The notes beneath the pieces were generated by a model. It searched no databases, was not told the DNA's origin, and was given only the letters and a program-made list of their open reading frames with translations. The translations under genes and the position numbers were made by a program. From contig JBFLGF010000084.1 of assembly GCA_050230475.1 (NCBI GenBank), forward strand, positions 1 to 64,000: a stretch of DNA of 64,000 nucleotides, in the 5' to 3' direction. Shown here piece by piece: positions 25,165-39,392 of this stretch; the stretch's first letter is position 1, and each line of letters begins with the position of its first letter. The DNA comes from Ancylonema sp. Taxonomy: Eukaryota.

Positions 25165-25540
25165 GCTTCCATAGCAACAGCCCACTCAACTCCCTTCACC
25201 CCCTCCAGAGCCATCGCCACAGTCGGAGGACTCATGATCTCGGCTGCCAGCTCGAAGACGTCGTCGTAGCGGGTGGCAGGCACTCCTTTGTTCGCTCTGC
25301 TCTTGGTCCTAGGAGGTGGTGGGTCCCCGTTATCCCCACCATCCCCATTGTCGCTGCCAGCATCAGGTGGGTTCCCGTTATCCCCACTGCCTCCATCCCC
25401 CTCTCCACCCTGGTCACTCTCATGCACGACCCACGTCTGAAGCTCGTCATCCCACACATGCAAGGGAGGCATGTCAGGATCATCTTCCTCCTCCTCTTCC
25501 TCCAGACTGCCCAGAGTCCCACCATCCGGCGACTGATGGT
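25165..25540 (-). mobile_element. copia integrase-RT linker fragment
   Basis: RTKSRANKGVPATRY..PPTVAMALEG..EWAVAMEA, the sequence expected just before ESVWENGV at 16915. Confidence 0.75.
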
Positions 25541-27324
25541 ACTAATTTTCGCAAAAGTATGCGATTATGTCAATGTCACAAGTTGTGCAAACAACTATGA
25601 TGTCATAGTTTCGCTCGTGGAGATTACTATGGCATGTGTACCACGGATATATGCACAACATTTTTGGGACTCACCATCAAATTTGTGGCACTTGTGAATA
25701 GCTAATTTATATATATCTATACAGTTCGCAGAAGTGAAATAAATTTTCAAGGTAGGATCATGTTTGGTATGTAGAACCTCATTTACAACTCCGTTGTGTT
25801 CAAATTCTTCCCATTCCTATAAATCACAGTTCTTCCATAGTTTTATTGTTGCATGCATCACCTTTCGAATCCATTTGTCTCTTGTAACATTCCTTTTGAA
25901 AGTTAATTTTGGCGATCTTCATTTCATTGCCATCGTTCTTTTTGCATCGCCACAAAGATGGGTTGCTTTTAGGTTCGAGAGTGAGTGTTTTTGGGCTACG
26001 CACGTATTTTTGTGAAATGCGTTGAAAATAAATAACAAAATCTAAAGACAGTGAAGAAAATAAAGATAGGACACACCTAAACGCATATAAAGTGATAGTA
26101 TTTGTGCTACTGGCATTGGCATTTGGGCTAGTTATGACTCAGCTTTCTACCGTGCCTCGAATGGTAAACACGGGGTACCATAGAGACGGCCCTGATCTAG
26201 TCCCCAAAAGACTTGGTCTCCATGCTATTCGTAGTATCACAAACTTTTGACATAAACGAATGAACATTTGTGAAATCCGTCTCCATCCTCTTATTGGCAT
26301 CCTTCTTTGTGGTTTTCCAATTTCTAGCACATCGCATTGTTTGACATGAGGGAGTCAGATGTTGTAGGAAAAAGGTGTCCGAGTCATAGTTCACGTGAGG
26401 TGAATGTGAGATTACAGGTCAAATCCGGTCGAACGTTGTGTATGCAAACTAAATGTGGTATGCTGGGTTGATTTATTTGCGGACTTCATAGATGAAGTGC
26501 ACTAGTACCCTCTGCCACATGGACTACTTGGTATACCACTTTCGCAAGCGATTCCTCATTTACAAAGCAATGCAATATTACACGACAGAATGCAATATTA
26601 CGATACTTTAATATACTACTCTGTTGAAAACTCGCGTGCACCAAAGTGTACCAAAAAACAGTCTAAACACCGTCTCAAATTAAAGAATACCTCTGTCTCA
26701 ATGTCTGGCAGGTCTGGCTTGTGAATGCCACAATGACCACAAGTCTAGCCACTCGGCTCTTGGAGGTCCTTCATGTGTCTTCATGAACGAAAATTTTTTA
26801 GGGTGTCGATAGAAGGCTGCATAGGATAAATGTGAAGTTCATGCAATTTCGTATTTCATACGAAATGTCCTAAGCTCCTCAAACAACGCCGACACATTGG
26901 CAACATATTTCACGTGACTCACCTCTTTCATAGAAAAGAAGATCAATAAAAAATACTCGTGGAACCCCAACAATGATTGCATCCCTACTCCAACCATCCC
27001 CTACTCCAACCATCTCACAAAATCAAACAAACTGATCATGGGACAATTCTATCGAACTTTCCCTCATGTAATCATTTTTTCTCGCTCAATATGTTTTCTC
27101 TTTTAGGCTAATCTTCCCATTAGGCCATGCTGGACAGAGGGAGGGAAAAAACGAGGCTACTTTCATGCATTAATACAGCAATGGCTGCTGCCTGACTATG
27201 CCCTGTCGATCTTTCAAAGGCTCACTTTGACAACAATGAACATTCCAGAACAATTGCAAACTCCTTCACAACATCCCATAAAGAGTTTGATTTAAATCCG
27301 TGGCCGGACTATCTACCGCCAAAT

Positions 27325-29864
27325 TTACTGTTGTGCACATTGCACTCTCTGCCCTGGACCCCCATCCTCTTCATCCTCATAAGCTTCTTGAGATGACTGC
27401 TTCCTCCGCATCTCCTGCTCAATATCTACATCATACATCGTCGTCTCCTCACACTCATCGATCTCCATGGGGGTCAAAGAGGAAGCTGGGCGAGGAGGAA
27501 GAATGGATTCAAGACTCTTGCATGCCTCAGGACTCAGAGATCCAGCCTCAGGGAACTCGACGTTGAATTTAACGAACAAACGCCCCTTCTCAAACGGCCT
27601 CTGATAGTGAGGCATCCCCTCCTCATTTATGGCCTTGAATTGCTCTGCCAAGGGAGCAGTGCAGCCATTTGTTATGTCAGTTACCAAAGGCTCCTTGATC
27701 ACGCCGATCAAAGGCAGATTTTTTATTTTTTTGACTAGGTATCATGTCATGGCAATCTTTACATAATGCATATGTACGTGTGTGTGTGTATGTACGTATG
27801 TACGTATGTATGTATGTACAAGCACCATAGTACTGGCAAAACTAACTAGTATTTGTATCATACCCTCTAGTGCATTTAGATATGGTGGGTATGGGTGCTT
27901 ACGAGGCTTGATGATCTCTCCCACATTAGATTTGACGAGAAGCGTTCTGCCATCAAGATGCAGAACAGAGGTTTGGAAGCCACACAGGGCCTCAGTCAGT
28001 GTCAAATTGTGGTCCATGAACAGATCCTCCCCCTTCCGCTTGAATCGAGGGTGCTCCTTCTGCTGGAGGACAAACACTATGTCTCCAGTGACAGTGTCAG
28101 GCTGCACACACAGACAAACAGCGAGAAAAACTCATGTTTTGGATTTGGTGCATTTCATGTAGATGAGTACTCATCATGACATCATGACAAAACAGAGAAA
28201 ACATATCTGATGGACGACAGCTGAAGACATACACCAGTCAACAAATCGAAACTGTCATTATTGCATTTGCTACATCACCCTTATCCCCACAGTTCCTTGT
28301 ATGCCTTCACTCACAGCTTCATCTGCTTCTCCCTGGAATGTGATCTTTTGCCCATGCAACATGCCCTTCTCGACATGGACTTCCAACAACTTCTTTTCCT
28401 GAACGACCTTTGTCCCTTTGCACTGGGGGCACCTGTCCTTGTCGCTGATGCTCTCACCTGCAACAACATTCACGGGTGTAAGTCTACAAAGCATTGGCAT
28501 TGGTATTTGTTTAGAGCGACTGTTGTCAGACATAAAACAGAAAAAAAGACTTGGTTGATGTTGTGCATGCAGAGCATTTGTAAAAGGGAGAGCCCTTATT
28601 AGAATCATACAAGTTCACTGTACCTGTCCCTTTGCAGTCGCCACAGGCATGCTGAACCTGCTGAATCATGTTGGGGCCGAGCTGCCTTATTGACATTTTC
28701 ATACCAGAACCCTGGCAGCCTGCACAGGTGCTTGGCTGCCCTGATTTTGAGCCTTTGCTGCATCGACCAAGAATGAAATGACAGTAAGTAACCATCTGTC
28801 ATCACTGTAGACAACATAGAAATTGAACAGATATCATAATGATTATTGAGTCCAGCATACTTTCAAGTTCCTGTGCAGGATTTTGTGACTTCGGTCCTAT
28901 AAGTTTCCAGCATAACTCACCCTTTGCACTTGGAGCAAAGCACATTCCGCGACAGATTCAATTTTTTCGATGAGCCATTGTACAGATCTTCGAGAGTCAC
29001 TTTCAGTGGGTGAACCACGTCTTCTCCACGACGCTGCCTTCGACCTCTGCCCCCCATACCCCCTGCATGGAAGGCAACGACAAAATTGTTACATTCCAAC
29101 CACAGTCGCATGAAAACACTATTTCTGTGACTCACAACTCTGACACTCTGACACTCTGACACTCTCTTCGACCCCTACGGTTGTTTGAATTATTTAGCGA
29201 TCGCAGCTACTGTGACTGCCTAAAGGTTGGAAAAAGTATAATTGCAGGAGGCGATCTCTGTGTGGATCGTCAATATGCCAGATATTTACCTCCAAAGCCA
29301 CCGCCAAATCCTCCTCCCCCTCCTCCCCCGAAGAAAGACTCAAAAATGTCGAAAGGATTGTGGCCGCCACCACCACCTCCCATTCCCTCTTTGAGCGCAT
29401 CTTCGCCGTAGGTGTCATAGATCTCACGCTTCTCAGGATCGACGAGAACTTCATACGCTTGTGAGACCTCTTTAAACTGCAAGGACAGAGGTGACTTGGA
29501 ATCAGATCTACAGACCTACCTTGTCAACAACAAGGATGTATGTTCCACATCCATCTGGCGCTCAAAAGAGACACTCCGGACGCATTTATATTCATGGTAA
29601 ATTCCCCGATCGGAGGCACAATATGTTTACGCCACCACCTCCTCATCTCACGCACGATCCTTAAACAACATGAGAGACAAAAGGCAATCACTGAGATTCC
29701 TACATGGACCTTACTTTCTCCGGATCGCCACCCTTGTCGGGATGATTTTTTATCGCTGCCTTGCGATAAGCTTTCTTTAGCTCTTCGGAGGATGCGGATT
29801 TCGCCACACCGAGAACATCGTAATATTTTGAGCTGTCACTCTTCTTCGGTTGTCCCCGAAACAT
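27325..29864 (-). CDS. type I DnaJ/Hsp40 chaperone (ATJ2/ATJ3, YDJ1-like), 7 exons
   Basis: Exons 29864-29715, 29476-29290, 29062-28921, 28757-28624, 28457-28315, 28101-27903, 27644-27325 with GT-AG introns. J-domain HPD, G/F region, four CxxCxGxG-type repeats, C-terminal CAQQ CaaX. Confidence 0.97.
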
Positions 29865-30606
29865 GTTGAACTACCGAGGCCAAAATAACAAATGGGTGAT
29901 CGACTGATTTGGCAATGGATCTAGCGGTGTCAGCATGCACTGATCCGTTCCACAGACACCTGCCAGACACGGTTTCCGATCAGCGCATGCCGATGATGAA
30001 GACTGCGCTTTCAAGCCAGTGCCTCTACTCCTGTTCACTCGCCCTGGCCTCTCCTTCGTGCCAGAGGTCGATGTATCGTGGAGTGAGGGGCTGCGTCCTT
30101 TCGAACCCCTCGTCTCCAGAAACATCCAAACTGCTGCTGCCGTACCAAAGGCGACCAAATTATTCCCGGCCTCCAGAAGCATCGGCAGTTGATCGGACGA
30201 TCCTAGTACGCGGATCGTGAGGAGAACCTTGCCCTGTCAGCCACTCTGAACGTTGACCGCATTGGACCTTGTTGTCCACATCACCATCCGCCTCACTAAC
30301 CGCTTGCGCTCTTGACCGGACAGGATTGAAAACGAAGCGCGTCCACAATGAGGACGACGTTGAAACGTAGATGGGCACACTTTCATACATAGATAGATGT
30401 TGTAATGTAAAATTGTAGTACAAATACCATTGGGATAATACCAATAATACCAATATTTGTATTCATTGTCATGTTGATATGAGTACGTTGCCATTGTAAT
30501 TATTACAATTCATAAAACAAATACACGCGAATTGTTGCATAACAACGATCATAATATAATATCCCTATATTTGTGTCTCTAAACAAGGGGTGTGAAACTC
30601 AGTTAC

Positions 30607-30706
30607 TGTGAGCAAGGCAACAATTATGCCTAAGTAACGAACCAGTCGGTTGGGCAGCCAACCGCACCTAGTTGGAGGCTAGGCTGGTTATTAGATGTCG
30701 TGGTCA
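30607..30706 (+). mobile_element. short solo LTR-like copy upstream of DnaJ
   Basis: TG..CA 100 bp, similar to the reverse complement of 12980-13085; no TSD seen. Confidence 0.5.
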
Positions 30707-32885
30707 TTTGACCAATTTCGATCAAGTTTATTAGCTGTGGGAATTATTTGTATTCGTTGACAAGTACGCACGAACGGGCGTGCTTAGAGAGTGTTGACTT
30801 GATATATCTTTGACCAACGGATCACTGACTGAGGCTAACTCACAAAACACCGCCCGAAAACAAAGACCAGTTTTGGTCTTTGGAAATCTTAATCTTTTAT
30901 TCAACAAATTCATGGCTGTCGAGTGTGCTGTAAATTATTGATGTGTATGGGCAGATTCATCTTCACAGTAAAAGTGTTTTTCATCGCAATGGATTCACTT
31001 ACAGGTACACTAAACGCGGATCTTTTTGGACACGACGTATCGATGGATTAATGTGCGGTGTCGTGAAAGAGCCAGCAATGTTGGCGCGAGAGTTCGGCGT
31101 GGGAACTCCTAATTTACACATGTAATTACGCACTCAATCATACTCGCGTCATGTTATCATCTGTCATGCGAAGGGTTTGGTTTGGCCACACAATCTTCGA
31201 TGGAACAAAAATATTGGGGGGTTTCGGTTGTTGAAAATGTTTGTCTTGCAACGATAGTGATACATTATCGTGATACCGTGATATTAAGTAGCGTGACCCA
31301 TATATGATCATTGTGTCTCAACTTCTAATTTCTTGTGAGTCACGGGGAAAAAAATGTGGTTTGCGACGTCACGTTCCGCACTTCTATACCCCTATGTCGT
31401 ACCGAATATAATCGTGTCAACGACACACATGTGAACACATATAATAACTCATATTGACCACCTCACTTGCATGAGGTAAAGCATATAGCATTTTATGACT
31501 CTCTTCCCACGTGCGTGGGGCTCAATCGGCTACACCGGGATCCACCATCTAGCCTCTCCTAGCCTCCTAGCCCACCGAAAGACAATACATGCCAAAATAA
31601 TTCAAATAGTCACTTAAGGAGAGATGATGCCAACAACAACAAACGTGACGCGTTTGAAAACGTACTCGAATCAAAGGTGATAACTTGGTAACTCAAATGT
31701 GCACACAAATCACACATTCAATCTAAGATCATAAGCTAACAAATAATCGTTATAAGCACACCCTCCAATGTCTTTGTTTCCAATGTTGTGCACTCGTTTG
31801 TCACGTCATAAGTGGGATAAGCGGGATCATTTTGATGCAAGAGCGGATGTGACTTTCCAAATTACGAGTCTCGTAGATTGAGGAAAGGACCAATTAGCTT
31901 CCATCTTTTACTTCCTATGTAAATGATTATGCTTCTATTTGGAAGAGATACAACGTTTGATGAAAAGTCGTTGTCTACTAGATATCTGAGCCAAACTAAG
32001 CCCAGTCCGGATTGGTGAGTGGACTTTACGCTTGTACCACTACACCTTATTGGGTGTACATGACGCAAATCGAGGGTGAGGTTACACCAAGACACAAGAA
32101 TCATTTCTTGGGGGTACAGATGGGCGAAGACATGATGTGCCAAGGGTTTTGCGACTTTGTAATAGATCACCCTTAATCCTAATTCACGTGTAGTTGCATG
32201 ACGCAGCACAATATGCTTGTCGGGAAAAGAAAATGCCATGTGAGTGTCAACTTTTGTCAATTCTGCGTGCTTACGGTCGAGATCTTCATCAAGCAACCAT
32301 GAGGGTTTGTTCGAGGTTCCCATTACCACCTTTTGCAATGAAGTTTGGTGAAATTTCAGCGTAGAACATTAGCGTGTTGGTAAATAGTACCCACAATATC
32401 CAATGAACAACATTGCAGATGTGTTGTAGAAACCACGATGAACCATATGACGTGGTGAGGCTGGTGTATGCCCACTACGAGTCCAAAGTTATTTGTGATC
32501 CCACTCGATCACCATTCCAACTGCAAATAATATGAAAAGTATAACCATGAGCACATGACAAAAATCTGAAGTGGTCTCCTTTCATATATGTACCAACATT
32601 AATGACGTGAAACTCAATGTGTTGTATACAACAAAAGCTGACAACATCTATTCTGTCCATGTTCTTGGTCACCGGATTGCATTCCGTATATGTTTGATCG
32701 TATATTGCGCCACTATGTCCTATTTTTAGCCTATCGTATAATTGCATTTAACATTGTATGATTACCCGATGCACTAGTGACCAGATTCAAAGTTATGTTG
32801 TCACAATTTTTTTATAAACAATTAAAATAATGATGTAGAGGGACATAGACCCCTCTGTCGCATTTCCTTTCTTCACACTTGCTCT

Positions 32886-35062
32886 CAAGGGGCCACGGGT
32901 GGTTGGTCTCTCAGAGATCGTATGTAATTGACTTGCGCCAAATCGCGTATCCACCACTCAACACTCGAACTCTCCACTTGGAGGTGCGAGCAACTAACAT
33001 TAAATACCGTTCGCAAATAAAGTTTATCAAATAAATGATGTCTGATTTCTTCGAAACTTAAATGCTCCCCGCCTTCCCGAGGCACACCCACTTCATGGAA
33101 GTGTGTCGTGTGGATCTGCAAATCAAAATCACACGGTGAGAAAATGGAATGAGTTGCTTGCAAACGGCAACTTTCCGCCGACTTAGGTTTCACACATTGT
33201 ATTCAAAAGCGCACCACACCAAATGTCCCATATTGCCCACCTCTCTCGGGTTGTAAATCATCTTCCTCCCCCCATTAGCATTGGTGCAAAACCGGGGATC
33301 TGGGTCTTCCGCGTCATGACACAAAATTTTGGGCCAATGATAGACCATTCTCTCCACCGTCATCGTTGACTTTTTGCTCATCGGGGACCACCTGTTGCTC
33401 CCAAACAAGGGGGGACCCGCACGGCACATTGCTGTGGAACACTCGAGCGTGCCATGTGTCAGCCACGGACGCCCCTCATAATTGGCCAACACGTTGAGGA
33501 GCGTGCTGGGAGGGGGAACAAACATGTACTCGTCCCAATTCAGCACCAACACCCACTTGGCCTTCGCTCGGTTCCGGTACAAGCAATCATGCAGCGACAA
33601 AATCTGCACCCCACCCAAAACCCCAACCCGAACCCCCATCAGCAACACCAGCCACTACCCATCCCCACTATCCCCCCCCCCCCCCCCTTGTGCGAAAAAA
33701 TCCGACTCACATGACCACCCCCTAGGACCTCGTACTTTGGAATCTCCCGAAAGGGGCACCACATCCACCCGTCCCGAACTAGAGATAAGGGACCAAGTAC
33801 TCCGCGACGACATGAGTTAGGGCCCCTGCATCGTATAGCGTGACGTGTGTGACTCCTTGAGCTGCGTGGTACTCGACCCACTCCACCATGGGCCGGACCT
33901 CCACCTCCTCCCTTCACACATGGGGTGCATACACTCGCGTAGTGACTCAACTCCTCGTCGCGAGGGGGCTCGATGACGTACTCGTGACCGGGCGGTTCCC
34001 TGACACCCGGTTATCGAGGCAAGGGTGAGGGTGAGGTGGTTGCGGTTGAGGTTGAGGTTTGGATCGTGTTACTGTGTTGAGTTGCATGTTATGGGTTCGG
34101 GTACTAGGTTTGGGGTTGTGGGGATTATGTGAGGTGAGTATGCAGAGAGGCTTACTTGTAGAGTACGATTTCTTCGGCATCGATTGTGGCGAGGGCTGTC
34201 CCCCCGCTTGTATTGGTGGATGAGATGAGGAGGCACTGGAGGAACGAATGAGAGGAGGCCACGTGTCAAATCGTGGGTTGCAAAATTATGATGAGGTACC
34301 GAGGTGTGGGCGTGATATCCGAACACAAATCCAAGCATGCGCTCCCTTTTGAGTTTGCTGTGTGGTAGGAACCCAACCTGAATCACGACAGTGTCGTAAG
34401 TGAGGTCCCCATGCTCCTCAGAATACAAAACCTGCGCTTCTCCTTCCACCCTTCCCCCCTCCGCCCCCTCCCACCAACACCGCGTCAAGCTCCTGCCATC
34501 AAAACCCCAAAGAGATAAGGTACAGTCAGCAGGTGGGTCCAGTTCCAGTTACTAATGAGGTGTCGCAGATGGGGGGGGGGTGGCTCACTTTTGAAGAGAC
34601 TCCTTCATCACTCGCGCTCCCAACCCTACAGACGCAATCGCGTTTCCTTGCATGCGGTATGCACTGAAATGGATGTATCCGTAGGGGCCCCTGGAGGCGA
34701 CCTGAGCCGAACCAAAAACCCATAACCCTGAGTTTTTGCATCATTACTGATTTGCTCCTTGCTTGCGATCTTCCCCTGCCTGCTCCTGCCTCCATGTAGG
34801 GACACATCACAAAAAAATTCGGGCTCTTTTTTTGCAGAAGTTTTTTTTGTTTTCTGTTTTTTGTTGTTTTTTCCTTGCGATTTTGAAACCCTAGTACCTT
34901 GAGGCGCGAAGAATCGTGTTGAGACTCGGGCTTCAGGAGCTCCAATCTTTGAAGGTAGTGAACGTACCCTCGCCACTTTCCATCATCCCCGTCATCGCCA
35001 CTGCTCTGGTTGCTGAGCGACCCCAGAACTACTGGGGCACTACCTGCCACATTCAAGTCCAT
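32886..35062 (-). pseudogene. GT92/DUF23 glycosyltransferase (GALS-like), frameshifted
   Basis: QILSLHDCLYRNRAKAKWVLVLNWDEYMFVP, GRKMIYNPR, QIHTTHF, RCWWEG..YDTVVIQ. Frames broken in 33650-34620; exon limits approximate. Confidence 0.6.
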
Positions 35063-36399
35063 GCACCATTCAATCTCTGTTGAATTCTCCTGACCTCAGG
35101 TGTGTGAGGACCTGACACTTGAGCAGAGTATGATGACCGAGCTCAGTTCCTTCAGGCAACAGATTTATGTGTAAAGTTCCGAATCACTACAGATCGCAGG
35201 AAGGTAGTACACGTGGTAAACCACTCGGGCAGAGATGATATGACTTACCATTTATATCGTCTCGCACACACAGTGTAGGTCTGTGAAACCCCATTTCTAT
35301 TCGGACATCAAGGACCAGGTAGGCGAGTCCGAGAAAGAAGGTTACCACTGCTATGGCCGCAAAAACATTCGCTACGCAGCCCCAAGTGGGCACGTGTCGA
35401 TACTTCCTGATCAGCCAAACCCCGGAGGAAGAAAAAAGTGATGTGCATCGGTCAGAAAACGGATTTAACCTTGTTGACCTGGACGTCGTTCTCGTTCAAA
35501 TTTTTCGATCGAATTCATATTTCTCTACTCCACTTCTGAATGTAAAAGAGTTTTATATAAGTTCCTTGTACACACCGTGGCAATGGAAGTCGGCCATTGA
35601 CGTGCATGCGGCTAGAAGTTGATCGGGGGGTGTCCTCGGGAGAAGTGCCGGGTGACCCTGAGGTGGGTAGCAATTGAATGTTCTCATAATTGGGTCTGTG
35701 TAGATGAACTCGTTGTGTGGGCTCCTTCGCTTTGGGTCGAGCGAGGTTTGCAGCCCAACTGGAGGAGGGAGTGCCCATCATATATGAAAACACAGAGGGT
35801 TATCATGAGGAATTGGGTTGGGCACGTGATGGTGATATGAATGAAAATTCAGATTGAGGACCTGCTGCGGAATGTGATTGGTACTTACAGAGCAGGAGCA
35901 GTGGGCCGTAGGCAGCCTACACTAAACCTAGACTAGGTCTACACGACATTTTTTTTTGTGTACGGCTGGTGAGGACTTCGAAGTACTGGCTAAGTTTGGA
36001 GTGTTCAACGCTTATCTTGGTCTTGGTAAAAAAATGCTTTTTGGACTCGGGCCCGACAGGAGGGTGGCGCAGTGATTAGATTCGTGCGATACCGCTTCGA
36101 AGACAAGAGTCATGTATTATATTAAAACACACTCGAATACCTCTTTGGCACTTTCCTCTATGTAAGGCTTGCATAATCACTTTGTGCAACATTAGATCAA
36201 CCTAATTCCTTTAATGGAAAAATTGACTCTCAACATATTTTTCTAATATTCTAGTAGCACTCATCATCACGTGAAATTATGTTGTGTACAACTCACGTGT
36301 ATACTTTGTTTATAACTTGCGTACATTATTGAAATCTCGACAAGTGAGCTATCTCACAACTTCATTACATAGATTAATGAGGGCATAATAGCCAGGACT

Positions 36400-38462
36400 A
36401 CATCCCGGCGACACGCTCGGTGGGCGGCCACCCTCGCTGCCCACCATTACACCATCACCTATCGGAAAGGTGCCATCAATGGAAAACCTGATGCCCTCTC
36501 ACGAAGGCCAGATCTTCAACCCCCTCCCCTCCCCTCCCTCCCCATCATCCCGCCCCCAGCCACAACTCCCTATCTTTTCCACACCCCTCACCTAATCGGA
36601 GCTGCGGTGCTGGTCAGGCCAGATGATCCCCTCCTTCCTAAAGTTGCAGCAGCCCAAGCGGCAGATCTTGCATTGTTTGCACTCAAAGCACATGTTCTGG
36701 GAGGAGCTGGCGAGGAGTCAAACCCCGCACTCCTAGCAGGCAGCCCATCGGGCAGTTCGTGGGGTCAGTATGAGGTTAGGGGGGGTCTGCTGTATAGTCA
36801 AGGCAAGCTCTGCATCCCCCCCATTTCCGGGGCCCTAATCCTTAAACTACTACAGCAAAATCATGACAGCCCGTTGGCGGGGCACTATGGGGTGGCGAGG
36901 ACCCAGGCGCTACTGGCGCAGTACTACACCTGGCCCGGACTTGCTGCGGCGGTTGCCAAATACGTGGGGAGTTGTGATACTTGTGCGCGCAATAAGGTGG
37001 TGCGACATGCTCCCTACGGTCTCTTGTCTCCTCTTCCTATCCCTTCCAGGCCCTAGAGAAGCGTGTCCCTTGATTGGATCACCGACCTGCCTCCAAGCCA
37101 CTACCACGATGCTATCCTCGTGGTCGTGGACCGCCTCACTAAGGCGGCCCACTTCATTCCTACAACTAAATCCATGGCGGCTCCGGACGTGGCTCCACTT
37201 TTCCTCCAGCATGTGGTTCCGGCTCACGGTCTTCCTGACACCCTAGTGAGCGATCGCGATCCGGTGTAATATTCACTTCCCACTTGTGGCGGCGGCTGCT
37301 AGAGCTGCGTGGCATTCAGGCCAATCGCTCTACGGCTTTCCATCCCCAGACGGACGGGCAGACGGAGCGGTTGAATTCGGTGCTGGAGCAGTACTTGCGA
37401 GTACTTGTCGGACTACCAACAGTCCGACTGGGCCAGCCTCCTCCCTCTGGAAAAATTTTCATACAACAACTCGCGCCATTCAGCCACAACAATCTCCCCA
37501 TTCTTTGCCAACTACGGTTTCCATCCCCGGATGTCCCTGCTCCCCCCAGCCCCAGCCTCCCGCACCCCTGCTGCCGATTCCTATGTCGCGCAACTTCGGG
37601 AGGCCCAAGATATTTTGCAAGAAGCTCCTCAAATCCCGCAAAGCCATGGAGGTTTCGGCCAATGGAAAACGCCGACCGGCTCCACCCTTCGTCGTTGGTC
37701 AACAAGTGTGGTTGTTGAGGCGCCACATCACGACAACCCGACCCTCGTCAAAGCTGGATGTTCGTCGACTCGGTCCCTATCCTATCATTGGCCAAGTCGG
37801 CTCCTTAGCTTATCGCTTGGGGCTGCCTTCCCACCGTTAAAATCCACCCCGTCTTTCATGTGAGTCTCCTGGAACCACATGTTCCCAACACTTTCCCGGG
37901 AAGGGTCGTGGCGCCTCCTCCAGCCATACAAGTGGATGGTGTCCCTGAGGAGTTCGAGGTCCACTCAATCCTAGATTCGCGAGTTCGGCGCCGCAAGTTG
38001 GAGTATCTAGTGGATTGGGTCGGCTACGATGCATCTGATTGCACTTGGGAGCCGGCAAATGCACTGACCAATACTGCAAATGCGGTCGCCGATTTCCATC
38101 AAAAATTTCCGTCTCGGCCTCGCTGACACGTGCCCTCCTTTTGATGTTGGATCCTGTTAGGATCCACTCTCTAGCATTAGTTCCGCTAGCGAGTGTTCCT
38201 AACCTTAGTTAAGACCTTAGAGCCTTAACATATGTTCACTCCTTAGTTTCTCCGACTCCTACCCTTTGTCGTTGTGTGTGTATGCTCTTTTTGTCACTTA
38301 GCGACACTATTTTGTACTCAAGCACTTGAGAAGTGTCCTCTCAAGTGCCCTTATCAATTCATGTCTTTTACACATCGTGTTCTCTTCCTATTCCTGAAGT
38401 CTGAGATGTGTGTAATTGTGCTTGTTACAAGCAGGGCATTCCTGCTTAGGAGCTGCCTTACA
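36400..38462 (+). mobile_element. chromovirus 3' half: RNase H end, integrase, chromodomain, 3' LTR (38156-38462)
   Basis: [90 protein letters not shown]. Confidence 0.95.
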
Positions 38463-39392
38463 ATCCCACTATCCTCATGAGGTCCCCCTGTGAGATATTG
38501 GCATGCGAGGGAAGTGTCGATGATGTCGATGATGTCGCCTCGAGACGAGACGTGCGCGCGTGGATTGCTCTGGCCTGCGCACGTTGGAGTGTGACAGCAA
38601 CACGTTGTCTGAACCATGTAACAAGAACACAAATGGACGGGGATGATGCTTTTTTTGGGTTTTTTTGACCTCACGAGGTTTGTAGATGATGATCCAGGCT
38701 TTTTAACACGGATTTATTTTTCGCTTGATCCACAAAAGATTCGGGGAAACTCAAGGTATTCGTTATCGTGCTGATCCAGGCAAAAAGATCCAAGCAAATT
38801 TTAATTAATTTTGCTCTGATCCACCTTAAAGATCCACTCAAAGCGTATTTTTCAAATGTTATATATCACCGTAGTGGCATGATGCGCGGTTGTATATATA
38901 GACTCGAATCTAGTGGGCTAAACGTGCACCACAATGTCAAACACGAACCAAGCTGCTAATACAATTTCAAACATATTAATCTATATATGTGATAAACAAT
39001 TTTTGTGTAGCTCAACACGAAGGCCACTCCTCATGTTGCTAATGATGTTGCGCCAACTTTTCTTTGTAGTCAATTACCACTAGTGATGCATGTATGAGAA
39101 TTAATCATGGATTGTTGTTTGTCATCCTGATTATACTCGCCGACTTATGGTTTTGTGACATGTGGGAATGTCAAAAATGCATCACATGTCATGCTCATTA
39201 TAATAAATATTTGCACATTCTAGACTTTGAGAAGTCGACATGTCTGTTGTGTCGACAAGCTTGCAATGCACATGCACACTTAGTAGCGAGCCATGGCTGA
39301 TATCAATATTGCGTGGAAGAATATTAAGCTTGTCAGCGAGCATACAAGTGGATAAATAACAGCGAAGAACTCGTATGAGTGTACGCGGGATT

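Noticed and set aside
31862..32750. Minus-strand ORFs as a transposase
   Set aside because: Fragmented, with no catalytic motif I could identify.
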